A DNA stretch of 64,000 nucleotides from a virus (Duplodnaviria > Caudoviricetes): positions 4,804-68,803 of the IMG/VR virus record IMGVR_UViG_3300014204_000181; one strand, given 5' to 3'. The notes under the pieces were generated by a model. That model ran no database searches, was not told the origin of the DNA, and worked only from the letters and a program-made list of their open reading frames with translations. Positions 26,530 through 35,037 of this stretch are shown here, in pieces. Both the position numbers and the translations under genes were made by a program. The stretch's first letter is position 1. The number at the start of each line of letters is the position of its first letter.

Positions 26530-29500
26530 ATGTTTAAAGAAATTAAAGTACACGCTACAGCAAACGAACGAACGGGTTATGGTATCCATGCGTCAAGGTT
26601 TTTCCCTGCGCTGGACAGGATCGCACAGTCACATCCGGATGATTCCGGAACGGTGCACATTACGTTACTGGATGTTGTCACGGCATCGAGGCATGATCTT
26701 AAGTTTCATCCGTCGCCGTCGATCCTCTTTAATGTATGGGAATCAACCGAATATCCGGCGCCATTCCTGAAAAATCTGGAGAATTATGACCAGTTATGGG
26801 TACCGTCAGAATGGCAGCGGGCATGCTCTATCGCCCAGGGGATACCGGAAGAGGTTGTCAAGGTGGTGCCGGAAGGTGTCGATCCGGATACGTATAAGCC
26901 TGGCGAGTGGATTGAAGGAACGTCGGGTACCTCTGGCGGTACGTTCGACTTTGTAACTGTTGGCCAGTGGCAACCTCGTAAATCCACTCAGGAGATATGT
27001 GAGGCCTTCATTAAGGCATTCCCGCTTAAGGAGTATCCCAACGTTCGATTGCACCTGTCTGTTGATACCCTGTTTCCTTCTGATGAATATAAATCCACAG
27101 AAGAGAGGTTAAAAGCATATGGCCTGGAAGACCCGAGATTCGTTGTTGTTCACTTTGAAGAGAGAGAAGAATACGTGCGGCGGCTACAGAAATCCCATTG
27201 TTTTGTGTCGTGTGCGCGTTCGGAAGGATGGGGACTCCCCATCATCGAAGCAATGGCGTGCGGAATACCTACCATCGTGGCTGATTGGTCGGGCTCTACT
27301 GAATACGCCCGCGCTGAACATGGTATTAAGGTACGCATCAAGGAACTGATAAAGCCCTTCGGTATCTATCAGAACTGGGATGTTCCTGGCAAATGGTGCC
27401 AGCCGGATTACGACCACCTGGTTGAAGTAATGCAGGACGTCTATAAGAATTTCTACAAGTATAAGGACCAGGCGCTTAAGACTTCCGAATACATCCGGAA
27501 AGAATTTTCCTGGGATGCTGCAGCGAGAAAAGCCCATGCAGTTTTAGAAGAACTGCATGCAAAATGGAAATCGCTGGAAAGTGTTGCATTAGTGCAACAT
27601 GAGGGAAAATCTTCTGAGGATGATATCCGTTCGTACGCTGCAAAGCATGGGTTTGAAATTACCAGTATGCGCCCGCGGTCTGCTATTTTTACAGTGAATT
27701 GCTGGCCGAGCTCCCAGGAGAAAATGGATACCTTGATGGAAACGATTAAGCAGATCAAGGGTCTGGGGTATCCCGTTCTCGTATCTTCTCACTATCCGTT
27801 ACCTCCGGTGGTGACAGAGCTTGTGGATTATTACCTTTTCGAGAAGCGCGACATAATGAGCGGCGACGATAAACCCGTGTATTGGAGGACCCGTGTTGAC
27901 GGTAGCCAGGAAACTAAACAGGCCAGCGTTGAATACCAGGGCGTTGCCGCCCTAAACTGTTTTCGTAACTCTATTGATTTTTGTCGCGGCCGTTATGATT
28001 GGATATACGACATGAGCTCTGACATGGAGGTAGACCTGGAGCACTGGTTGCGACTGGTAACGTCCTCCACTAAACCCATGGTGTGTATTCCCTATGAAGG
28101 AAACAAAGACGGGATTGGTGGTGGTCTGTGGGCCGGCCGTACCGAAGTGCTGGATAAGGTAATCCCGCGCCTCAATTCCTGGAAAGAGTACGCTGATAAA
28201 TTCCCCGACCTGCGCTTTGTTGCTGAAAAATGGATATACGCCCATGTGGTGTCGACGGGTTATGACGTTCAGAACGAACTCGAGTGGATCAGTATTGAAA
28301 CCGTTAACCGGTTTGATAACGTCGATAGGGAAATATGGGATGATGACGATTTTGTATGTCATTTCATTGAAGGCCCGTTTCTGCAAATCCAGGGTATTTC
28401 CAGAAGGATGTATGATGTATCCTTCATCGATAACGATAATAATGATTCCGTCCTTTACGGACTCAAGCAGCAAGTGGGCTCCTGGAGCCGTCCGAATGCC
28501 AAATACTTCAAAAACTGGACGGTACAGGCGCACCTGGATGGTATCGAAAAGTATTCCCATAAACTGGACCTCAAGGGCAAAAACGTGCTTATTTCCTTTG
28601 GTTCTAAAGCCCTGGGAGATACGATAGCCTGGATGCCCTATGTTGAGGAATTTCGAAAGAAGCACGGTTGTAATATCTATGCATCCGGCTGGTGGCAGGA
28701 AATTTTTGACTATCCGGAAATTACATATATAAAACCAGGAACGAAGATAGAGAATTGCTATGCTTCCTATGCGGTAGGCTGTTTCGATAATCAGCCGGAT
28801 ATGAACCCAAAAAACTGGAGGGAAGTACCATTACAGAAGGTTGCTGCGGATATCTTGGGTATTGAGTATGTACCTATTCGCGCCAACCTCAAAGTGAAGC
28901 CGCATAATAATAAGTATAAATATGTATGCTTCTCCGAGTTTTCTACCATGCGCGGCAAGATATGGAATCGTCCTGGTGCCTGGCAAAAGATTGTCGATTA
29001 CCTTAACGATCATGGATATGACTGTATTTCCATTGCGAACGAACGTTCTATTCTTGCCAATATCAAGCAGCATAGCGGCCAGCCGATTCAGAACACCATT
29101 GCTGACATTTCCGGCTGTTCTTTCTATATCGGCCTCAATCATGGCCCTGCATGGTTATCTCTGGCGCTGGACAAACCGACGATTATGATTACCGGTATGT
29201 CCGAACCCTGGAACGATTTCCCGAATCCGTACCGTTTATCCGTCGATATCTGCCGGCCAGGGTGCTTTAATGATCCGTCCTTACCTATTCAACGTGGCTG
29301 GGAATGGTGTCCGAGAAACAAGGATTATGCGTGTACCCGCGACGTTACGGAAGAAATGGTCATAAACGTAATAGATAAGTTGATAAAGGAGGACACATGC
29401 CAGTTGCCATCACGAAACGCAAAGGTGGTGGATATCAAGTCAGTACCCCCAACGGTGTCCACGCAAAAAACACAACCCTCGAAAAAGCAAAGGCGCAAGA

Positions 29501-29562
29501 AAGGCTCCTTAACGCCGTCGAGCATGGATGGAAGCCGACAGGCAAAAAAGGTTACGGGATAG
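26530..29562 (+). CDS. Multi-domain glycosyltransferase: GT4 + central domain + Aah/TibC-like protein O-(heptosyl)transferase
   Basis: GT4 motifs VGQWQPRKS and SEGWGLPIIEAMACG; from about 28351, SKALGDTIAWMPYVEEFRKKHGC, FYIGLNHGPAWL, CRPGCFND...WCP...YAC. Confidence 0.85.
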   Translation: MFKEIKVHATANERTGYGIHASRFFPALDRIAQSHPDDSGTVHITLLDVVTASRHDLKFHPSPSILFNVWESTEYPAPFLKNLENYDQLWVPSEWQRACSIAQGIPEEVVKVVPEGVDPDTYKPGEWIEGTSGTSGGTFDFVTVGQWQPRKSTQEICEAFIKAFPLKEYPNVRLHLSVDTLFPSDEYKSTEERLKAYGLEDPRFVVVHFEEREEYVRRLQKSHCFVSCARSEGWGLPIIEAMACGIPTIVADWSGSTEYARAEHGIKVRIKELIKPFGIYQNWDVPGKWCQPDYDHLVEVMQDVYKNFYKYKDQALKTSEYIRKEFSWDAAARKAHAVLEELHAKWKSLESVALVQHEGKSSEDDIRSYAAKHGFEITSMRPRSAIFTVNCWPSSQEKMDTLMETIKQIKGLGYPVLVSSHYPLPPVVTELVDYYLFEKRDIMSGDDKPVYWRTRVDGSQETKQASVEYQGVAALNCFRNSIDFCRGRYDWIYDMSSDMEVDLEHWLRLVTSSTKPMVCIPYEGNKDGIGGGLWAGRTEVLDKVIPRLNSWKEYADKFPDLRFVAEKWIYAHVVSTGYDVQNELEWISIETVNRFDNVDREIWDDDDFVCHFIEGPFLQIQGISRRMYDVSFIDNDNNDSVLYGLKQQVGSWSRPNAKYFKNWTVQAHLDGIEKYSHKLDLKGKNVLISFGSKALGDTIAWMPYVEEFRKKHGCNIYASGWWQEIFDYPEITYIKPGTKIENCYASYAVGCFDNQPDMNPKNWREVPLQKVAADILGIEYVPIRANLKVKPHNNKYKYVCFSEFSTMRGKIWNRPGAWQKIVDYLNDHGYDCISIANERSILANIKQHSGQPIQNTIADISGCSFYIGLNHGPAWLSLALDKPTIMITGMSEPWNDFPNPYRLSVDICRPGCFNDPSLPIQRGWEWCPRNKDYACTRDVTEEMVINVIDKLIKEDTCQLPSRNAKVVDIKSVPPTVSTQKTQPSKKQRRKKGSLTPSSMDGSRQAKKVTG

Positions 29563-29582
29563 GAGGGAGTAAGCATGGCTGA
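29397..29582 (+). CDS. Small basic phage protein overlapping the glycosyltransferase 3' end
   Basis: AAAGGAGG RBS before ATG 29397; HAKNTTLEKAKAQERLLNAVEHG. Confidence 0.65.
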   Translation: MPVAITKRKGGGYQVSTPNGVHAKNTTLEKAKAQERLLNAVEHGWKPTGKKGYGIGGSKHG

Positions 29583-29889
29583 TGATATAAATACCTTGCA
29601 ACAGCGACTGAATGATCCAAACAGTGTTCTTAATCAGATAAGTAAACCTGCGCCGCCGCCGCCTCCATCCACCATGGATAAACTCAAAACTGCCGTAGGT
29701 GGTGCCGTCGACGCGACGACAAATGCAGCAAGTGACTTCCTTGAGTGGGGGAAGGGGAAATTCGGCATAAAGCCCAAACCGGTAGACCCTCAGAATATGT
29801 TGCAGGGTTTTGGCATGGGCGAAGTTGGCGGGAAGAAACTTATAGATCGCAACGATCAGCGGATAAAACAGGCGGTTGGTGAGCAATGA
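29575..29889 (+). CDS. Hypothetical protein
   Basis: GGAGGGAG RBS; 104 aa. Confidence 0.65.
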   Translation: MADDINTLQQRLNDPNSVLNQISKPAPPPPPSTMDKLKTAVGGAVDATTNAASDFLEWGKGKFGIKPKPVDPQNMLQGFGMGEVGGKKLIDRNDQRIKQAVGEQ

Positions 29890-29924
29890 TAACGTTTCTG
29901 GTGTCCCATAGAAAAGGGTGACGT

Positions 29925-30860
29925 ATGACAGCAACATTGTATAAGTCCCTGGGTCTGTTCAGCGGTGTTAATAACGTTGATGATCCCGTAGAACTTTCCG
30001 GTGAACGCATCCTCACTTCCGAAGGTTACAAATTCATCTATCCGCTTCAAATAGCTGAAAACGTTTATATTGATAACGAATATGGATTGCATTCCCGTGC
30101 TGGCTATGCCCTTGCGCTCGCGGGAAAACCTCATAGCATGTGGAGCAATCTCGACAAGTCTATATGCCTGTTCGTTGAAGGCTCTTCACTGTTCCGGTTT
30201 AATGAGGACGAAAGCATTACCCAGCTCGTTGCTGGATTAACTTTCGGCCTTCCCATGTCTTATGCCGAGTTTAATGATCGCATTTACTTTTCCAATGATG
30301 TGAATATCGGGTACCTCAAGGAAAATGTCCCGTACCAGATCACGGTACCCACTGCCCAGTTTAAACTTCCGTTGCCTCCAGGTAAGTTTCTGGCCGTCTA
30401 TCGGGCCCGTTTGTACGTCGCAAAAGGACCGGTGCTTTATATTGGCGATGCCCTTTCTGACTGCTACGATGTTCGCGGGAAACTGGCCAGCTTCCGTAAT
30501 TTCAGCTCTGACATTACCATGGTCCAGCCGGTGGATAACGGCATTTATGTAAGCGACTCCGAGCAGGTATGGTTTCTCAAAGGCCTGGGTCCTGATGAAA
30601 TGACCAGGGAGGTTGCCAATTCCTCGCCGGCAATACCTTACACGAACCAGTTAATAGGTGGCCAGTATGTCGGGGATGGCGCTAAACACGAAGACTTTGC
30701 TCTCTGGACAGGAGCCAGCGGCATCTGTATGGGTGACAGTGGCGGCGCTGTGGGCAATGTTACCGTTTCCAAATTCGTCATGTCGAAACATAACCTGGGT
30801 GCTGCGGTGGTGAAAATAACAAATAACGAAGCCTATTACATCAATACATTGAGGAATTAA
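29925..30860 (+). CDS. Putative tail tubular/stabilisation protein
   Basis: 311 aa beta-rich ORF (FSGVNNVDDP...LQIAENVYID) in the tail block. Confidence 0.6.
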   Translation: MTATLYKSLGLFSGVNNVDDPVELSGERILTSEGYKFIYPLQIAENVYIDNEYGLHSRAGYALALAGKPHSMWSNLDKSICLFVEGSSLFRFNEDESITQLVAGLTFGLPMSYAEFNDRIYFSNDVNIGYLKENVPYQITVPTAQFKLPLPPGKFLAVYRARLYVAKGPVLYIGDALSDCYDVRGKLASFRNFSSDITMVQPVDNGIYVSDSEQVWFLKGLGPDEMTREVANSSPAIPYTNQLIGGQYVGDGAKHEDFALWTGASGICMGDSGGAVGNVTVSKFVMSKHNLGAAVVKITNNEAYYINTLRN

Positions 30861-30862
30861 TC

Positions 30863-31312
30863 ATGGCACTAAGAGTATCTACCGGATTTAGAAACGGGCT
30901 TTTAACCGGAAATAATTTCTATACCATGCTCAACCAGGGCATTGTGAGATTGTATTCCGGAACAATGGGCACCAATCCTGATACCGGCGTCGCGGCTACG
31001 GCCCTGGTGACATTCGAGCCATTATACTTTCAGACCGCCGCCACTGCAGGAACGATTTTCAATGGTACGAATGCGGTAAACGGTACCGGAGCGGTGGACG
31101 GTACGGCTGGATATTTCCGATTAAGCGAGTACGCCGACGATCCCACTGTGACGTCAACCACAGTCGCCCGTATAGACGGTGTGGTAAATACCAGCACGGG
31201 AGATATGATTATGGGTGACAATTTGATTTCCATTGGTCAGGTGTTGAGTTTGCAGATCGCCAGGTTTGGATTTCCGGTATTAGCAGGTACTTCCGGAACG
31301 TCAGGGACTTAA
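30863..31312 (+). CDS. Small virion protein, paralog 1 (ends GTSGTSGT)
   Basis: MALRVSTGFRN...LYSG...GTAGYFR...RIDG. Confidence 0.75.
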   Translation: MALRVSTGFRNGLLTGNNFYTMLNQGIVRLYSGTMGTNPDTGVAATALVTFEPLYFQTAATAGTIFNGTNAVNGTGAVDGTAGYFRLSEYADDPTVTSTTVARIDGVVNTSTGDMIMGDNLISIGQVLSLQIARFGFPVLAGTSGTSGT

Positions 31313-31335
31313 TATAAACAAAGGAGGATATTATC

Positions 31336-31782
31336 ATGGCTTTCAGAATTTCACAGGGATTGAGAAATAAGATGTTGGGTACTGGCGGCTTGAAGGAACT
31401 GCTTGATGGTGGTTGCATTCGCATCTTTTCCGGCGCCCAGCCTTTAACTCCGGAAACAGCAGAAGCGGGTGTGTTGATTTCCACCATTAAGACTTCTTCC
31501 GGAACCGGTGGCCTCATATGGGGTACGGCAGCGAGTGCGGCAATTTCGAAAAGTGCCGATCCGTGGTCTGGAACGTGCGGTACCGAAGGCATTGCTGGCT
31601 GGTTCAGGTATTATGACGTTGCTGACTTCTACGGAGCTGATGCGGCAGGTACCGCTGTAAGGTTTGACGGTGACGTGGGAGTAACCACTGGCGACCTCAA
31701 ATTAACCAGTACAACGGTTAAAGTAAGTGCTCCGGTGGTCATTGATACCTGCCAGTTTAGCATTGCGCAGAATCAGAGTTAA
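31336..31782 (+). CDS. Small virion protein, paralog 2
   Basis: MAFRISQGLRN...IFSG.QP...GIAGWFR...RFDG. Confidence 0.75.
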   Translation: MAFRISQGLRNKMLGTGGLKELLDGGCIRIFSGAQPLTPETAEAGVLISTIKTSSGTGGLIWGTAASAAISKSADPWSGTCGTEGIAGWFRYYDVADFYGADAAGTAVRFDGDVGVTTGDLKLTSTTVKVSAPVVIDTCQFSIAQNQS

Positions 31783-31793
31783 GGGAGGTAGCT

Positions 31794-32192
31794 ATGGCTA
31801 TCAAAGTAAGCGTACCTGCGTGTAATGCAATCGTTGAAGCGTTGACGACACAGTTTTGCACTGTCGATGCTTTCTGCCGCGTGTATGCAGGAACACAGCC
31901 TGGAACGGCTGGTGGTACTGTAGGTGATACCCTTATTACGGAAATTGCCGGAGTATCCTGGAACAGTGCTGTCGGTGGTACAACGAGTCTTGCTGGATCA
32001 AGTTGGGGCAGTGCGGCGACAGACGGGACTGCAGGATGGGCGCGAATATTGAACAGTACCGATGAAACTATGTGCATTGACGGAAATTGCGGTACTGCGG
32101 CCACCTGTGACTTCGTTATAGATAAGGAAGTCGTTACCGTTGGCGATGATATGTACCTCACGGCGGCAGATATAATCATGCCTGAAAGTTAA
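31794..32192 (+). CDS. Small virion protein, paralog 3
   Basis: MAIKVS...VYAGTQP...GTAGWAR...CIDG. Confidence 0.72.
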   Translation: MAIKVSVPACNAIVEALTTQFCTVDAFCRVYAGTQPGTAGGTVGDTLITEIAGVSWNSAVGGTTSLAGSSWGSAATDGTAGWARILNSTDETMCIDGNCGTAATCDFVIDKEVVTVGDDMYLTAADIIMPES

Positions 32193-32205
32193 AGGAGGCA
32201 CACAG

Positions 32206-33156
32206 ATGCCCGCAATACTTCCAGCCCTTCAATTTCACGGGGAACTTACTGACGCTACCGAAGCGCCTACATCCGTAATCATTATGGGTGTGCTTCCATC
32301 TATATTCATGGAGCTTGCCCAGGGAAGCGTTCTCGATGTTGAAATAAACAATTTCACTTTTTCTGCGACGGGTTATCTTGGCGTAAACGGCAGCATTCCG
32401 GACTTGAATATGTCCTTTGGGCTTACTATGTCCGGCTCCCAGGCGTTGTCTGGTACCCTGGAAGTTGCCGCCCTCAAGATGGCTTTTACCGGCACTGGCA
32501 ATGTCGGCCAGATAAGTACCTTCAACAAATCCATTGCGTTTGCTTTTACTGCTTCCGGCAATGTCGGCAATATCGGAACGATGGACTTGGTGTTCAATCA
32601 CGTCCGTTTGTCTTCGGCTTCCGCGTATATTTCGCCCATTGGCAATCTGCAGCTTACCCTGGGCCTTGAATTTTCAGCTACCGGCAGCAGCACGATATTC
32701 AAAAGCATGGTGCTCAATCTTAAGAATAATGCTCTTACCGAATATCTTTCTTACGTTTTTAACTCCATGTGTTCCTTCAATGGCAAACTGTACGGTGCGG
32801 CCAGTAATGGAATCTATGAGCTCACGGGCGAAGAAGATGCTGGAAGTGATATCCCCTGGCGTTTCCGTACCGGCAAGCTGGACCTTGAAACGGACAACGT
32901 TAAGAAATCCCTTCGATACGCCTGGCTGGGTTACAAGGCCTCTGGTGAGCTTACCCTGTCCGTATTCGACCAGGACGGCAACCAGTATGATTACATAGTA
33001 GAAAATATTCGTAATACGGATGGTGGCATACGCGTAAAGACTGGTAAGGGCATTCGGTCCCGTTACGTGGAGCTCCAGCTTGCCAACATAGACAATGAAA
33101 CGATTTCCCTTGATAAAATGAGGATTTTTACTGAACTTACAGGGAAGAAACGTTAA
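32206..33156 (+). CDS. Putative tail structural protein
   Basis: 316 aa; C-terminal YVFNSMCSFNGKLYGAASNGIYEL...GKGIRSRY domain. Confidence 0.65.
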   Translation: MPAILPALQFHGELTDATEAPTSVIIMGVLPSIFMELAQGSVLDVEINNFTFSATGYLGVNGSIPDLNMSFGLTMSGSQALSGTLEVAALKMAFTGTGNVGQISTFNKSIAFAFTASGNVGNIGTMDLVFNHVRLSSASAYISPIGNLQLTLGLEFSATGSSTIFKSMVLNLKNNALTEYLSYVFNSMCSFNGKLYGAASNGIYELTGEEDAGSDIPWRFRTGKLDLETDNVKKSLRYAWLGYKASGELTLSVFDQDGNQYDYIVENIRNTDGGIRVKTGKGIRSRYVELQLANIDNETISLDKMRIFTELTGKKR

Positions 33157-35027
33157 TGGCATATCGGCGCATACGAACGGGGAGTCTTGCTGATGCTAAT
33201 GCGGCGATTCAGTATCAGAAAGCAAAGCTGTTCCTTGACAAAACCGGACTCGTAAAGATGCGCTACCCGTTGCAGGGCGGTGGGAGTATAACGGTCCAGC
33301 GTTACGGGGAAATGGAAATAGTTGATATCGTCGGAGGATTTAAGGGTGTTGGTGATGGTTATATTGTCGGCCTGGTTGATGTGGGTACTTACGGTACTGA
33401 TGGAACGGGAGGGACGTACGGCACTGCATCCTGGAGCGTTTATTATCAGACGTTCACCAGGAACAAGGAATCGGCCCAGTGGGATTTTGTTTTCGGTGCA
33501 TTACAGACCCAGGCAGGAACGGACTTCTCGCTTGGCAGTGCTGCAGGATGGCAGTATAAAAACAATGCCCCCCTGCTTGGTTACAATACTTATAATGATT
33601 ACGGCACGGCTGTTTACCTCTACGGAACGTCGGGAGTGGGTTATAAATATGAAGCGGAAAAGTGGTGTGCTCATGGAGTTAACACTTATAATATAGGAAA
33701 TAAGATTTTCTTTAATGGTGTCGGACTTGCATATGCTACAGGGACTTTCCCATGGATAGCAGACGGGAATTATGACTATCGTGAGATTAATCCGGCAAAG
33801 TTTCTGTATAAGATAGTCGGAGTGGTTGGCCATCCAACGTGGGTTTATACTCTATGGCCATGGTGCAAATTATATGATCTTAATACGCTACAGGTACAGC
33901 TTTTATCATGGGGAACAACCGGCTATCCCAGCTCTGTTACTGCGTACGATGGAACAAATTCAACGATTGATGTGGGTTATTTCCAAACGGGTTTTGCTCA
34001 ATCGCATCATGACAGCCGCGGCAAGCCTTATTATGAGGATTCGTATTATTTTACAACCACAGGCTCTTCGGGGACGAGTGGAACAGGAGGCACAAGCAGT
34101 ACAAGCAGTACGGTCGGCACTAACTGGGCGCCTACCTGGACCTTTTCCGGCACGTCTTGGGATGGAGTGGGTACAATTCCCGCTGATCTTAACACGTACG
34201 CATATTGTGACAATGGGACTTATGGAACAACCGGAACGCAGTGCGTAGGTACGAATAGTTACGTTGTCGATGGAACAAACTGGAATTTTGAATGGACGTT
34301 CATACTACCGAAAAAGGTTATCATCCCCTTAGATTATAACTGGGACAGTTACCATGCGGGGGAGCTGAAGGGGTATCCACCTAATGCATCCATATCGTTT
34401 GATTGCGTGGACGTGTTTGATGAATTTGTAACTTTTCCGGAATTGCTCCAGATAATAACAAACTGGAATAATAGCTTAGAAGGGGTTATAGAATATGAAG
34501 CAGTAAAATGCACGGGTGTCGGTACGGTAACTGCGTTCACTTTCGATACTCCGATTGCGGCAGGAAACGAAGGCAGTTTTTGGGCCTTTGACAATTATCC
34601 TTACTTATCACGGAAACGGACGTGGATAGGAGGCGTACACGGAACGGCGGGCACGATAGGGATTGCGCTTCCGGAAATACCTGGCAAGTTTTTTCCGCGT
34701 TCTAAACTGCATATGTCCGTTCACATGCGATGGGCAGATGCAACGATAGAAGGATTAAAGGTTTGCAGAAGGTTTTATTATGGGTATGAGTTTAAATATG
34801 GAACGGATTATACTGCAGGAGCGTATGGCACTTACGGTACCCGTTTTATCAATTCGCAAGGCGTTGGTATCAGCGGAAATGATTCCATGGGGTGCGTGTA
34901 TGTCAAAACCAATTTCCACCCTATACAGCAGTTTGAATACATTGATCCGAATGGTGCGCTGTCAGCACTGGTATTTCAATCGTCTTTCGGCTCCAATAAC
35001 GTCATTGCGGTAGGCTCACTGGGATAA
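33156..35027 (+). CDS. Putative tail spike/fibre protein with many Gly-Thr motifs
   Basis: 623 aa; GTYGTDGTGGTYGT, SGTSGTGGT, GTYGTTGT, GAYGTYGT. Confidence 0.65.
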   Translation: MAYRRIRTGSLADANAAIQYQKAKLFLDKTGLVKMRYPLQGGGSITVQRYGEMEIVDIVGGFKGVGDGYIVGLVDVGTYGTDGTGGTYGTASWSVYYQTFTRNKESAQWDFVFGALQTQAGTDFSLGSAAGWQYKNNAPLLGYNTYNDYGTAVYLYGTSGVGYKYEAEKWCAHGVNTYNIGNKIFFNGVGLAYATGTFPWIADGNYDYREINPAKFLYKIVGVVGHPTWVYTLWPWCKLYDLNTLQVQLLSWGTTGYPSSVTAYDGTNSTIDVGYFQTGFAQSHHDSRGKPYYEDSYYFTTTGSSGTSGTGGTSSTSSTVGTNWAPTWTFSGTSWDGVGTIPADLNTYAYCDNGTYGTTGTQCVGTNSYVVDGTNWNFEWTFILPKKVIIPLDYNWDSYHAGELKGYPPNASISFDCVDVFDEFVTFPELLQIITNWNNSLEGVIEYEAVKCTGVGTVTAFTFDTPIAAGNEGSFWAFDNYPYLSRKRTWIGGVHGTAGTIGIALPEIPGKFFPRSKLHMSVHMRWADATIEGLKVCRRFYYGYEFKYGTDYTAGAYGTYGTRFINSQGVGISGNDSMGCVYVKTNFHPIQQFEYIDPNGALSALVFQSSFGSNNVIAVGSLG

Positions 35028-35037
35028 GGAGGAAGCT

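Noticed and set aside
33156-35027. Diversity-generating retroelement target
   Set aside because: No reverse transcriptase and no template/variable repeat pair seen in the window.
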